NCBI GenBank assembly: GCA_038243605.1
Contig: JBBSQX010000011.1
Location: 2,531-66,530 of the forward strand
From: Actinomycetales bacterium
GTDB taxonomy: Bacteria > Actinomycetota > Actinomycetes > Actinomycetales > Microbacteriaceae
Reading direction: 5' to 3'
Length of the DNA stretch: 64,000 nt
Each line of letters opens with the position of its first letter. The first letter of the stretch is position 1. The translations under genes and the position numbers were made by a program. The notes below the pieces were generated by a model. The model was given only the letters and a program-made list of their open reading frames with translations, searched no databases and was not told the DNA's origin. Of this stretch, positions 50,753 through 61,546 are shown one piece after another.

Positions 50753-53700
50753 TTAGCTGTAAGTGCCAGGCGTTGGCTCGTCGGAGGCGAAGCTGTCGAA
50801 GTCCATGAAGGACAAGTCAGATTCGCCGAACGAAGCGTCTTCCGAATAGATGCGGTTCGGGTAACGCTCGGCCTTCGCCTCTTCCGTCGCCTCAACATTG
50901 ACGTTGCGGTACATCGGCAGACCCGTTCCTGCGGGGATGAGCTTACCGATGATGACGTTCTCCTTCAGGCCCATGAGCGGGTCAGACTTGCCCTCCATGG
51001 CGGCCTGCGTGAGAACACGCGTGGTCTCTTGGAATGAAGCAGCCGACAGCCACGACTCCGTCGCAAGCGACGCCTTCGTGATACCCATGACTTCTTGACG
51101 AGCGGATGCCGTCTTCTTGCCCTCCGTGAGAGCGGCGCGGTTGAGCTCGTTGTACTTCGAACGGTCAACAAGTTCACCCGGCAGAAGAGTCGTGTCACCG
51201 TGATCGACAACAGTCACCTTGCGGAGCATCTGACGAACGATGACCTCAATGTGCTTATCGTGAATCGGAACACCCTGCGAGCGGTAGACGCCCTGCACGC
51301 CACCAACGAGGTGCTCCTGCACCGCGCGAACGCCGCGCACACGCAGAACCTCCTTGGGGTCAACAGCACCAACGTGCAGCTGCTGGCCGAGAACAACATG
51401 CTCGCCATCCTCGATGAGAAGGGTTGCGCGCTTCAGCACGGGGTACGCAACCGGCTCGTCACCGTTATCGGGGGTGAGGATGAGCTTGCGGCTGCGATCC
51501 GTGTCCTCGATGGTGATGCGACCGGCGGCCTCCGCGATAGGGCTTGCACCCTTGGGGGTACGCGCTTCGAACAGCTCCGTCACACGGGGCAGACCCTGCG
51601 TGATGTCATCTGCTGTTGCGGCGCCACCCGTGTGGAAGGTACGCATAGTGAGCTGTGTTCCGGGCTCACCGATCGACTGGGCCGCGATAATACCGACGGC
51701 CTCACCGATGTCGACGAGCTTGCCGGTGGCGAGCGAGCGACCGTAGCAGGCAGCACACACACCGACAGCAGACTCACACGTGAGCACCGAGCGCACCTTG
51801 ACGTGCGTGACGCCAGCCTTGATGAGAGTCTCGATCATGACATCGCCCACATCGTCGCCGCCCTTGGCAACAACCTTGCCCTTGGCATCCTTCGCGTCAT
51901 CCGCGAGGCTACGCGCATACAGCGAGTTCTCGACGTTCGGGTCAACAACCAGCGTTCCCTCGAAGTTCGGCGCTGCCACAAGCAGGTCGAGACCCTTCGT
52001 GGTTCCACAGTCGTCTTCACGAATGATGACATCCTGCGACACATCCACCAGACGGCGGGTCAAGTACCCGGAGTCAGCGGTACGCAACGCGGTGTCGGCC
52101 AGGCCCTTACGGGCACCGTGGGTTGCGATGAAGTACTCGGCAACCGAAAGACCTTCGCGGTAGCTCGAGATGATCGGGCGCGGGATGATCTCACCCTTCG
52201 GGTTTGACACAAGCCCACGCATACCGGCGATCTGACGCACCTGCATCCAGTTACCACGAGCACCGGAGGTGACCATGCGGTTGATGGTGTTATCCACCGG
52301 CATGTTCGCTTCCATCGCCTTGGCAACCTCAGCGGTGGCCTTGTTCCAGATCTCGATGAGCTCTTGGCGACGCTCAGCGTCGGTCGTGAGGCCCTTGTCG
52401 AACTGGTCCTGAACCTTCTTGGCCTGCTTCTCGTGAACCTCAATGATCTGACGCTTGTTCGGCGGCGTGAGGATGTCGGAGAGCGCCACCGTGACACCGG
52501 AGCGGGTTGCCCAGTGAAAACCGGCATCCTTGACGCGGTCAAGCGTTGCGGCAACTTCGACCTTCGGGTAGCGCTCGGCGAGATCGTTGACGATCCCCGA
52601 GAGCACTGTCTTATCGGTGACGGCCTCAATGTAGGGGTAGTCCGCAGGAAGCGTCTCGTTGAAGAGTGCGCGACCGAGCGAGGTCTGCTTGAGCACCGGA
52701 CCATTGACGTAACCCTCTGGCGCTTCGCCTTCGGGGAACACAACGTCGTGGAGACGGATGCGCACCTTCGCGTTGAGGTCGAGGCTGTGCTGGTCCATTG
52801 CCAGGATTGCCTCGGCGACGCTGGAGAACGCACGACCTTCGCCCACGACACCCTCCTTGAGGGTGGTGAGGTGGTGAAGCCCGATGATCATGTCCTGTGT
52901 TGGCAGGGTGACCGGGCGGCCATCCGACGGCTTCAGGATGTTGCTCGACGCAAGCATCAGGATGCGCGCCTCGGCCTGAGCCTCGACCGACAGCGGCAAG
53001 TGCACTGCCATCTGGTCGCCATCGAAGTCAGCGTTGAACGCGGCACACACGAGCGGGTGAAGCTGGATGGCTTTACCTTCAACGAGCTGCGGTTCGAACG
53101 CCTGGATGCCCAAACGGTGAAGCGTTGGTGCGCGGTTCAGCAGCACGGGGCGCTCGCGGATGATCTCCTCCAGCACATCCCACACCTGTGGGCGGCTGCG
53201 CTCAACCATGCGCTTGGCGCTCTTGATGTTCTGAGCGTGGCTCAGGTCGATGAGGCGCTTAATCACGAACGGCTTGAACAGCTCGAGCGCCATCTGCTTG
53301 GGCAGACCACACTGGTGCAGCTTCAGCTGCGGACCAACAACGATGACCGAACGGCCCGAGTAGTCCACGCGCTTGCCGAGGAGGTTCTGGCGGAACCGAC
53401 CCTGCTTACCCTTCAGCATGTCGCTGAGGGACTTGAGCGCACGGTTACCTGTGCCGGTGACGGGGCGACCACGGCGACCGTTGTCGAACAGTGCGTCGAC
53501 GGCCTCCTGCAACATGCGCTTCTCATTGTTCACAATGATCTCGGGGGCACCAAGATCAAGCAGACGACGCAGACGGTTGTTGCGGTTGATCACGCGACGG
53601 TAGAGGTCGTTCAGGTCGGAGGTGGCGAAACGGCCACCGTCGAGCTGAACCATGGGGCGAAGCTCCGGCGGAATCACCGGAACAACTTCGAGCACCATGG

Positions 53701-54631
53701 CGGCCGGCGAGTTGCCGGTCTGCAGGAACGAGTTGACGACCCGGAGGCGCTTGATGGCGCGGATCTTCTTCTGGCCCTTGCCGTTGGCGATCTCGTTGTG
53801 AAGGTTGTCGGACTCGGTCTGCAGGTCGAACGCCTGCAGACGACGCTGAATTGCTTCGGCACCCATGTAGGCCTCGAAGTAGATTCCGAAGCGGTCCTGC
53901 AGCTCGTGGAAGACAGAATCTTCTGGCTTCAGGTCGCCGACCTTCAGGTTGCGGAAGTCTTCCCACACGCGGTCGAGCTGGTTGATCTGCTCGTCGAAGG
54001 ACTTGCGGGCCTGGCCCATCTCCTTCTCAGCGGCATCCTTCGTGCGACGCTTCTGGTCGGCCTTCGCACCCTCTTCTTCTAGGGCGGCGAGGTCGGTCTC
54101 GAGCTTGTGGAGACGCTCGGCGACACGGGTGTCGCGCTGGTTCTCCAACTCCTTCATCTCGAGACGGATCTCGTTTTCGAGACCTGGCATGTCAGCGTGA
54201 CGACCATCTTCGTCTACCGCAATGACCATGTACGCGGCGAAGTAGATGACCTTCTCGAGGTCCTTCGGCGCCATGTCGAGCAGGTAGCCGAGGCGGCTTG
54301 GAACACCCTTGAAGTACCAGATGTGCGTGACGGGCGCTGCGAGCTCAATGTGGCCCATGCGCTCGCGGCGCACGGAAGACTTAGTGACCTCAACGCCACA
54401 GCGCTCACACACGATGCCTTTGAAGCGCACGCGCTTGTACTTACCGCACGAGCACTCCCAGTCGCGGCTCGGTCCGAAGATCTGCTCTCCGAAGAGGCCG
54501 TCCTTCTCTGGCTTCAGCGTGCGGTAGTTGATCGTTTCTGGCTTCTTGACCTCGCCGTGAGACCACTTGCGGATATCCTCCGCGGTGGCGAGACCGATAC
54601 GCAGCTCATCAAACGTAGTGACGTCGAGCAA
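50753..54631 (-). CDS. rpoC: DNA-directed RNA polymerase subunit beta'
   Basis: 1292 aa, ...[16 protein letters not shown]... and full-length conservation. TTG start preceded by AGGAG. Confidence 0.99.
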   Translation of the reverse strand: MLDVTTFDELRIGLATAEDIRKWSHGEVKKPETINYRTLKPEKDGLFGEQIFGPSRDWECSCGKYKRVRFKGIVCERCGVEVTKSSVRRERMGHIELAAPVTHIWYFKGVPSRLGYLLDMAPKDLEKVIYFAAYMVIAVDEDGRHADMPGLENEIRLEMKELENQRDTRVAERLHKLETDLAALEEEGAKADQKRRTKDAAEKEMGQARKSFDEQINQLDRVWEDFRNLKVGDLKPEDSVFHELQDRFGIYFEAYMGAEAIQRRLQAFDLQTESDNLHNEIANGKGQKKIRAIKRLRVVNSFLQTGNSPAAMVLEVVPVIPPELRPMVQLDGGRFATSDLNDLYRRVINRNNRLRRLLDLGAPEIIVNNEKRMLQEAVDALFDNGRRGRPVTGTGNRALKSLSDMLKGKQGRFRQNLLGKRVDYSGRSVIVVGPQLKLHQCGLPKQMALELFKPFVIKRLIDLSHAQNIKSAKRMVERSRPQVWDVLEEIIRERPVLLNRAPTLHRLGIQAFEPQLVEGKAIQLHPLVCAAFNADFDGDQMAVHLPLSVEAQAEARILMLASSNILKPSDGRPVTLPTQDMIIGLHHLTTLKEGVVGEGRAFSSVAEAILAMDQHSLDLNAKVRIRLHDVVFPEGEAPEGYVNGPVLKQTSLGRALFNETLPADYPYIEAVTDKTVLSGIVNDLAERYPKVEVAATLDRVKDAGFHWATRSGVTVALSDILTPPNKRQIIEVHEKQAKKVQDQFDKGLTTDAERRQELIEIWNKATAEVAKAMEANMPVDNTINRMVTSGARGNWMQVRQIAGMRGLVSNPKGEIIPRPIISSYREGLSVAEYFIATHGARKGLADTALRTADSGYLTRRLVDVSQDVIIREDDCGTTKGLDLLVAAPNFEGTLVVDPNVENSLYARSLADDAKDAKGKVVAKGGDDVGDVMIETLIKAGVTHVKVRSVLTCESAVGVCAACYGRSLATGKLVDIGEAVGIIAAQSIGEPGTQLTMRTFHTGGAATADDITQGLPRVTELFEARTPKGASPIAEAAGRITIEDTDRSRKLILTPDNGDEPVAYPVLKRATLLIEDGEHVVLGQQLHVGAVDPKEVLRVRGVRAVQEHLVGGVQGVYRSQGVPIHDKHIEVIVRQMLRKVTVVDHGDTTLLPGELVDRSKYNELNRAALTEGKKTASARQEVMGITKASLATESWLSAASFQETTRVLTQAAMEGKSDPLMGLKENVIIGKLIPAGTGLPMYRNVNVEATEEAKAERYPNRIYSEDASFGESDLSFMDFDSFASDEPTPGTYS

Positions 54632-54679
54632 TGTTTCTCCTAATGCCTAAATCTTCGTGAGTCGTTGATGGGCTGTGTT

Positions 54680-57600
54680 TTAGATCTCGTCGATTGACGA
54701 GTTCTCAAACTGCCTAGAAATGTTGATGCCGAGCTCTTCAGCGGCGCGGAAGACCTCGTCATCCGTGTCTCGGAGGCTCATTGCCTTACCGTCAGAGGAC
54801 AGCACCTCGACGTTCAGACACAGCGACTGCATTTCTTTGATGAGCACCTTGAAGCTCTCGGGAATACCGGGCTCCTGAATGTTCTCGCCCTTGACGATGG
54901 CCTCGTATACCTTCACGCGGCCAAGGATGTCGTCGGACTTGATCGTGAGCAGCTCCTGCAGTGCGTACGCCGCACCATAGGCCTCGAGTGCCCACACTTC
55001 CATCTCACCGAAGCGCTGGCCACCGAACTGGGCCTTACCGCCGAGCGGCTGCTGGGTGATCATCGAGTACGGACCCGTCGAGCGTGCGTGGATCTTGTCG
55101 TCGACAAGGTGGTGCAGCTTCAGGATGTACATGTAGCCAACCGAGACGGGCTCGGGGAACGGCTCACCGCTGCGACCATCGAACAACCGGGTCTTACCGG
55201 TGGAGTCGATCAGTCGGTCACCATCACGAGTCTTCGTGGTGGAGTTCAGCAGGCCCTCGATTTCGCTCTCCAGCGCACCGTCGAACACCGGGGTCGCAAC
55301 CTTGGTGCCTGGCGCTGCCTTGTGTGCAGACTCAGGAATCTTGGCGGCCCACTTGGGGTTGCCTTCGATTTCCCAACCCTGCTTCGCAACCCAACCGAGG
55401 TGAGTCTCAAGCACCTGGCCGAAGTTCATGCGACCAGGGATACCGAGCGGGTTCAGGATGATGTCGACCGGGGTGCCATCGCTAAGGAACGGCATGTCTT
55501 CGACCGGCAGGATGCGGGAGATAACACCCTTGTTGCCGTGACGGCCAGCAAGCTTGTCGCCCTCGGTGATCTTGCGCTTCTGGGCGATGAAGACCACGAC
55601 GCGCTGGTTGACACCGCTGCCGAGCTCGTCGTCGCCATCCGTGGCGTCAAATACCTTGACGCCGATGATGGTTCCGCGCTCACCGTGGGGAACCTTGAGG
55701 CTCGTGTCGCGAACCTCGCGGCTCTTCTCGTTGAAGATCGCGCGCAGCAGACGCTCTTCGGCGCTCAGCTCGGTTTCGCCCTTCGGCGTGACCTTGCCGA
55801 CGAGGATGTCCCCGGGGTTGACCTCTGCACCGATGCGGATAATGCCGCGCTCGTCAAGGTCAGCAAGCAACTCTGGGCTGACGTTGGGGAGGTCACGGGT
55901 GATCTCCTCCTTGCCAAGCTTCGTGTCGCGAGCGTCAACCTCGTACTCTTCGATGTGAATCGAGGAGAGCACGTCGTCTTTCACCAAGTTCTGGCTGAGG
56001 ATGATCGCGTCTTCGAAGTTGAGACCCTCCCACGGCATGAACGCCACAAGGAGGTTCTTGCCGAGCGCGAGCTCACCCTTCTCCGTTGCGGGGCCGTCAG
56101 CGAGAACCTCGCCGATCTCGACGCGGTCACCCGCACTCACGATCACGCGGTGGTTGTAGCTTGTGCCCTGGTTGGAGCGGTCAAACTTGCGCAGGTAGTA
56201 GTCCTGCGTTCCGCCGGCATCCAGCTGAACGGTGACGACATCTGCCGAGACCTCGGAGACAACGCCTGCACCCGTTGCGGTGAGAACGTCACCCGCGTCG
56301 ATGGCCGCGTATGTTTCCATACCGGTTCCGACGAGCGGGCTTTCGCTCATGAGCAGCGGAACAGCCTGACGCTGCATGTTCGCACCCATGAGGGCGCGGT
56401 TTGCGTCGTCGTGCTCGAGGAACGGAATAAGAGAGGTCGCGACCGACACCATCTGGCGCGGGGAGACATCCATGTAGCCGATTTCGTCGACCGGGAACAG
56501 GTCGACCTCTCCACCCTTCGAGCGGGCCAGAACGCGATCCTGCTCGAAATGTGACTCCTTCGTGAGCACGGCATTTGCCTGTGCAACAACGAACTCGTCT
56601 TCTTCGCTCGCGGTGAGGTAGTCGATCGTCTCGGTGACCTTGCCCTTGACGACGCGACGGTACGGGGTCTCAATGAACCCGAACGAGTTGATGCGTGCGA
56701 AGGAGGCGAGCGAACCGATCAGACCAATGTTGGGGCCTTCAGGAGTTTCGATGGGGCACATGCGGCCGTAGTGCGACGGGTGAACGTCACGCACCTCGAC
56801 GCCTGCGCGCTCACGAGATAGACCACCTGGACCAAGCGCCGAAAGGCGACGCTTGTGGGTGAGGCCCGCGAGCGGGTTGTTCTGGTCCATGAACTGCGAG
56901 AGCTGAGAGGTTCCGAAGAACTCCTTGATCGCGGCGACAACCGGACGCACGTTGATGAGCGTCTGTGGGGTGATCGCCTCAATGTCTTGCGTCGTCATGC
57001 GCTCGCGAACAACGCGCTCCATACGGGAAAGACCCGTGCGAACCTGGTTCTGAATGAGCTCACCGACGGCGCGGATGCGACGGTTACCGAAGTGGTCGAT
57101 GTCGTCGATGTCGAGACGGATGTCGACCTTCTTGCCCTCGCGGGTACCAGGAAGTGTCTTCTGCTCATCGTGCAGGGCGACCAAGTACTTGATCGTGGCG
57201 ATGATGTCTTCTTGGCTGAGCACTGAACTCGACAGCGGTGCTTCGATTCCCAGCTTGCGGTTGATCTTGTAGCGACCAACCTTCGCGAGGTCGTAACGCT
57301 TCGGGTTGAAGTAGAAGTTGTCGAGCAGCGCACGCGCGGCCTCAGCAGCAACCTGCTCGCCCGGGCGAAGCTTGCGGTAGATGTCTTTGAGCGCCTCTTC
57401 TTTCGTGAGGATGGCATCCTTCTCGAGGGTTGCCTCGATGGACGCGTAACCCTTGAAGTTCTCGAGAATCTCTTCGCTCGTCAGACCGAGAGCCTTGAGG
57501 AAGACGGTAACCGACTGCTTGCGCTTACGGTCGATGCGCACGCCAACCTGGTCGCGCTTGTCGATCTCGAACTCGAGCCATGCGCCACGGCTCGGGATGA

Positions 57601-58182
57601 TGCGAGCAGAGTAGATGTCTTTGTCAGACGTCTTCTCCTGCGCGCGGTCAAAGTACACACCGGGGGAGCGCACCAACTGGGAGACGACGACGCGCTCCGT
57701 GCCGTTGATAACGAACGTGCCCTTAGGAGTCATGAGCGGGAAGTCGCCCATGAAGACTGTCTGAGTCTTGATCTCACCGGTGAGGTGGTTCATGAACTCG
57801 GCCTCGACGTAGAGCGGGGCAGAGAGGTCTTGCCCTTCTCCTTACACTCGTCGATTGTGTACTTCTTCTCCTCGAGGAACGGGTTCGTGAAGGAGAGCTG
57901 CATCGTCTCGCCCAGGTCCTCGATGGGGGAGATCTCTTCGAAGATCTCCTCGAGGCCGGTGAGCGAAGGAAGATCTTGGCGACCGGCAGCCTTAGCCGCA
58001 GCAGCGCGTTCCTTCCACAGGTCGTTGCCCACAAGCCAGTCGAAGCTCTCCGTCTGCAAAGCAAGCAGGTCGGGAACAGTCAACGTGTCAGTGATCTTCG
58101 CGAACGAGAGGCGCTCAGCAGAGCGACCGTTCTTGAGGGCTTTCTTGGAACTTGAGGTGGATGCGTTGCGCGCAGCAGCCAA
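54680..58182 (-). CDS. rpoB: DNA-directed RNA polymerase subunit beta, interrupted by an apparent 1-nt deletion near 57825 (pipelines would flag it as frameshifted/pseudo)
   Basis: N-terminal 120 aa (ORF 57790-58182: ...[26 protein letters not shown]...[12 protein letters not shown]) and the remainder (frame of 54680-57841: [21 protein letters not shown]...) are in different frames. The rifampicin-region sequence ...[29 protein letters not shown] is intact. TTG start preceded by GGAGG. Confidence 0.95.
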
Positions 58183-58403
58183 GGAAATAACCTCCGGTGG
58201 CCTTCATGGCCGGTTACAGTCGGTGATATGTGGGCTTTACGACTCACCAGAACCCACAAAGCATTACCACTGAACTGAACTGTTCGGGGGATGCATGGCC
58301 GACCGCAATATGAAGGCGTGAAAGATCTAGGAGCGCAAGGAACAACTATAGGTCGGATTTGTCGGCGTGTCCACTTAAATATTGACCGCATCCTGATAGT
58401 GCG

Positions 58404-59402
58404 CTATAAGTTGTGCTTTTTCTTATACGCCATCGCGGCGAGCGCCTCCCAGATGAGACCGTGCGCGTTGTTGACGGTGATGTCGGCGTGGTCGTAGGCG
58501 GGCGCGACCTCCATGACATCCATCGCCACCACGTTCGTGTCGAGCACGATCTGGCGCACCACACGCAGCAAGTCGATCGGCGCGAAGCCACCAGGAGCCG
58601 GCGTGCCGGTGGCCGGTGCGAATCCGGGGTCGAGCACATCGATGTCGATGGAGAGGTAGATGGCGTCGCACCCGTCGAGGGCCTCGGCGATCACGTCTTT
58701 CATGACCTCTTTCGCGCCACGCTCCCATATCTCCTGCATGGTGTGGTGGCGAAGGCCATTGTCGCGCATCCACTTCTGGTCTTCCTCGCCAGGCCAGTAG
58801 CCGCGAAGGCCCACCTGAATGAAGTTGTGGCCCGGGATCGCGCCGGACTCAATGAGCCTGCGCATCGGGGCACCGTGGCTCGCCAAGTTGCCATCAATCT
58901 GCTCGGCGGTATCTGCGTGGGCATCGAAGTGAATCATGCCGACGTTGCCGAACCCGTGATGCTCCGCCACCGCGGTCGCTGCTGGCCAGGTGATCGAGTG
59001 GTCGCCACCCAGAATGATCGGGATGATGCCGCGGCTCGCGATCTCGCCCACCCGTTGATGGATGGCATTCTTCGATGCCTCCCACATGCCGTGGCTCATG
59101 ATCGCGTCACCGTAATCAATCACCTCGAGGTGGTCGAACATCTCCACCTGCAAGTCGAGGTGATAGCTGCCGGGGTCATACGCGTTCGCGCGCAACGCAC
59201 GCGGACCAAAACGTGCTCCTGGGCGGTTCGTGGTGCTGTCGTCCCACGGCGCACCGACGATCGCGACATCCGGCTGCCACTCATCCAGCTGTTCAGGCTC
59301 AGTAAGGAAAGGGCGCATCCCGAAAGTTGCGGGGCCGTGAAGCGACGACGCGTCGAGCTGGGCACGCATGCCGGGAGGAAGATCGCGTTTTGGTGCAGTC
59401 AT
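58404..59402 (-). CDS. Agmatinase / ureohydrolase (arginase-family) enzyme
   Basis: GGDHSIT, HFDAHADT and SIDIDVLDP metal-binding motifs. I cannot separate agmatinase from guanidinobutyrase by eye. Confidence 0.9.
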   Translation of the reverse strand: MTAPKRDLPPGMRAQLDASSLHGPATFGMRPFLTEPEQLDEWQPDVAIVGAPWDDSTTNRPGARFGPRALRANAYDPGSYHLDLQVEMFDHLEVIDYGDAIMSHGMWEASKNAIHQRVGEIASRGIIPIILGGDHSITWPAATAVAEHHGFGNVGMIHFDAHADTAEQIDGNLASHGAPMRRLIESGAIPGHNFIQVGLRGYWPGEEDQKWMRDNGLRHHTMQEIWERGAKEVMKDVIAEALDGCDAIYLSIDIDVLDPGFAPATGTPAPGGFAPIDLLRVVRQIVLDTNVVAMDVMEVAPAYDHADITVNNAHGLIWEALAAMAYKKKHNL

Positions 59403-59428
59403 ACCCTTCAGTGTGGCAGTGTCGAGGG

Positions 59429-60286
59429 GTGAAGGCGAAACCCTCAGCGGTACTCAAAGGCAGCGGATACCGCGCCGTCATCGAGGTGGACCACTGGGTG
59501 CCAGGCTCCTTCACCCTCGTGGTCGACGGCACACCGCAATCGCATGTGAATCTCGATGACCCCTCACAGCTTTTCTTTGAGTACATCCAGCGCATGGGGC
59601 ACGTGATCGATCAGCTGAAAATACCGGGCGAACCGCTCACTGCCGTGCATCTCGGCGGAGGCGCGCTCACACTTCCCCGCTACATCGAGGCCACTCGGCC
59701 GGGCTCGCGCCAGCAAGTTATCGAGCTTGAGCGCGACCTCATTGACCTTGTGCGCGCCGAGTTGCCGTGGTCGAAGAATGCCTCCATTCGGGTGCGATAC
59801 GGGGATGCGCGAGAGATTCTTGGGCGACTACCTGAGGGCCTTCGCGGCACCGTCGACCTGCTCATCGTTGACATCTTCGCCGGAGCACGCACCCCAGCGC
59901 ACGTCACCAGCGCCGAGTTTTATCGCGCCGCCGTTGGACTGCTCGCCCCCGACGGCGTCATTCTGGTGAACATTGCGGATGGGCCTGGGCTCGCATTCGC
60001 CCGAGGCCAGGTCGCCACGCTCGCCTCCGTGGTGAAAGATGTGGCCGCCCTCGCCGAAGCGCAAGTGCTCAAAGGGCGCCGGTTCGGCAATGTCGTCGTG
60101 GCCGGGTCACCAACACCACTTCCTCTCGAGTGGATGCCACGACTGTTGGCCGGCGGACCGCATCCGGCAAAAATCCTGACCGGTCGCGAATTGAAGGACT
60201 GGATCGCCGGAGCACTCGTCGTCACCGACGACACCGCCGTCGCGTCCCCCCTGCCCTCCGCCGGGATCTTTCGCACCCGTTCCTGA
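59429..60286 (+). CDS. Spermidine-synthase-like (class I SAM-dependent transferase fold) protein
   Basis: ...LVVDGTPQSHVNLDDP..., HLGGGALTLPRY, VIELERDL, LLIVDIFAG. Start is uncertain (GTG 59429 or GTG 59411). Divergent from the agmatinase gene with almost no spacer. Confidence 0.75.
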   Translation: MKAKPSAVLKGSGYRAVIEVDHWVPGSFTLVVDGTPQSHVNLDDPSQLFFEYIQRMGHVIDQLKIPGEPLTAVHLGGGALTLPRYIEATRPGSRQQVIELERDLIDLVRAELPWSKNASIRVRYGDAREILGRLPEGLRGTVDLLIVDIFAGARTPAHVTSAEFYRAAVGLLAPDGVILVNIADGPGLAFARGQVATLASVVKDVAALAEAQVLKGRRFGNVVVAGSPTPLPLEWMPRLLAGGPHPAKILTGRELKDWIAGALVVTDDTAVASPLPSAGIFRTRS

Positions 60287-60296
60287 CGCTGCCGTC

Positions 60297-60406
60297 ACTT
60301 TCATCATTCAGGAGCTGGTGTCACCTGAGTGAAAAAATGGATGCAGTTAGGGTGTTTTTAGTAACTTCAACCCCACCAGTCACACAAACTCCTGAATGAT
60401 GAAAGT
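60297..60406 (+). promoter_or_regulatory. 110-nt AT-rich element bounded by a perfect 18-bp inverted repeat; the 3' arm abuts the start codon
   Basis: ACTTTCATCATTCAGGAG (60297-60314) pairs with CTCCTGAATGATGAAAGT (60389-60406). A second helix pairs CTGGTG (60315-20) with CACCAG (60374-79). The main ATG is at 60407. Confidence 0.5.
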
Positions 60407-61546
60407 ATGCGACGCACACGATGGACCCCAGCAGTAGCACTGCTCACTGTCGTCGTTCTGGCAGGATGCGGCACAGAGTCGAGCCCTGCACCGAGCGCCC
60501 TGCCGCCAGACCCCAACACCTCCTCAACCCCATCGTCTAATGGCGTCACGCCCACCGGCACCCCGCTCACACTTGCCACCGGCCTTCACTCACCGTGGTC
60601 GGTCGTACGACTCAGCTCTGGCACCGCGCTCATCAGCGAGCGCGACACAGCAAAGATCATCGAGATTTCGGCTGACAACATAGTGCGCACAATCGGCACC
60701 GTGCCAGGGGTTGACCACGGCGGAGAAGGCGGCCTCCTCGGGCTCGCCATCGTCGAACACGGCGATGCCACCACTCTTTTCGCCTACCTCACAACCGCAA
60801 GCGATAACCGAATCGTGCGGATGTCGCTTCGCGGTGAACCGGGAAGTTACACCGTGGGGCAGCCGAAGCCGATCCTCGTCGGGCTCGAGAAGGCGGGCAA
60901 CCACAACGGTGGGCGCATCGCGATCGGCCCGGACGAGAAGCTCTATGCCACCGTCGGCGATGCAGGCAACCCAGACCGCGCACAAGATATGACATCACTC
61001 AACGGCAAGATTCTGCGCATGAACCTCGACGGGAGCACGCCAGACGACAACCCGTACCCAGATTCGCTCATCTACACTCTCGGCCACCGCAACCCACAAG
61101 GAATCGCGTGGGATTCGGACGGCCAACTGTGGGCATCCGAATTCGGACAGAACACGTGGGATGAGTTCAACCGCATCATCGCGGGCAAAAACTATGGGTG
61201 GCCGATCGTGGAAGGACAAGAGGGCAGGGCGGGATTCGTTGACCCCGTCGTGCAATGGAAGACCGCCGATGCGAGCCCGAGCGGTCTCGCCTTTGTTCAC
61301 GAAACATTCTTCATGGCGGCACTTCGAGGTCAGCGCCTGTGGTCGATTTACACGCAGGACCCGTTGAGTTCCGAGCCAGATGCCACAGCGTGGTTCTCCG
61401 GAGAATACGGGCGACTGCGAGACGCCATCCCCGGCCCCAACAGCACGCTGTGGGTGCTCACCAACAACACGGATGGCCGCGGTTCGCCGCGCGACGGCGA
61501 TGACAGGCTGTTACAAATCACACTCGCTGCTCCGCATGAGGGTTGA
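60407..61546 (+). CDS. PQQ-dependent sugar (aldose/sorbosone) dehydrogenase family lipoprotein
   Basis: Lipobox LLTVVVLAGC. GNHNGGRIAIGPDEKLY, GKILRMNLDGSTPDDNPYP, LGHRNPQGIAWD, EFN.I..GKNYGWP. Confidence 0.85.
   Translation: MRRTRWTPAVALLTVVVLAGCGTESSPAPSALPPDPNTSSTPSSNGVTPTGTPLTLATGLHSPWSVVRLSSGTALISERDTAKIIEISADNIVRTIGTVPGVDHGGEGGLLGLAIVEHGDATTLFAYLTTASDNRIVRMSLRGEPGSYTVGQPKPILVGLEKAGNHNGGRIAIGPDEKLYATVGDAGNPDRAQDMTSLNGKILRMNLDGSTPDDNPYPDSLIYTLGHRNPQGIAWDSDGQLWASEFGQNTWDEFNRIIAGKNYGWPIVEGQEGRAGFVDPVVQWKTADASPSGLAFVHETFFMAALRGQRLWSIYTQDPLSSEPDATAWFSGEYGRLRDAIPGPNSTLWVLTNNTDGRGSPRDGDDRLLQITLAAPHEG

Noticed and set aside
959-50753. The 49.8-kb block as a classical genomic island, prophage or ICE
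   Set aside because: I could recognise no integrase, relaxase, transposase, phage structural genes, tRNA attachment site or flanking direct repeats. Most of the block has host-like GC. Only the pilin and protease sub-blocks look AT-shifted.
51095-56554. Very long plus-strand ORFs (370, 572 and 488 aa) inside rpoC and rpoB
   Set aside because: They are antisense to unambiguous RNA polymerase genes, and their products are Val/Asp/Leu/Arg-rich mirror sequences with no motifs.
57790-57844. Programmed ribosomal frameshift as the explanation for the rpoB frame change
   Set aside because: A -1 shift would be needed around ACC UCU CUG. There is no X XXY YYZ slippery heptamer and no obvious downstream stimulatory structure, and no precedent that I know of in rpoB. 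A 1-nt deletion or consensus error is the simpler explanation.
58183-58403. Structured leader or rplJ-rplL remnants upstream of rpoB
   Set aside because: There are no ribosomal-protein ORFs and only trivial 4-bp palindromes. The region is presumably the rpoB promoter and 5' UTR, but I cannot assign elements by eye.
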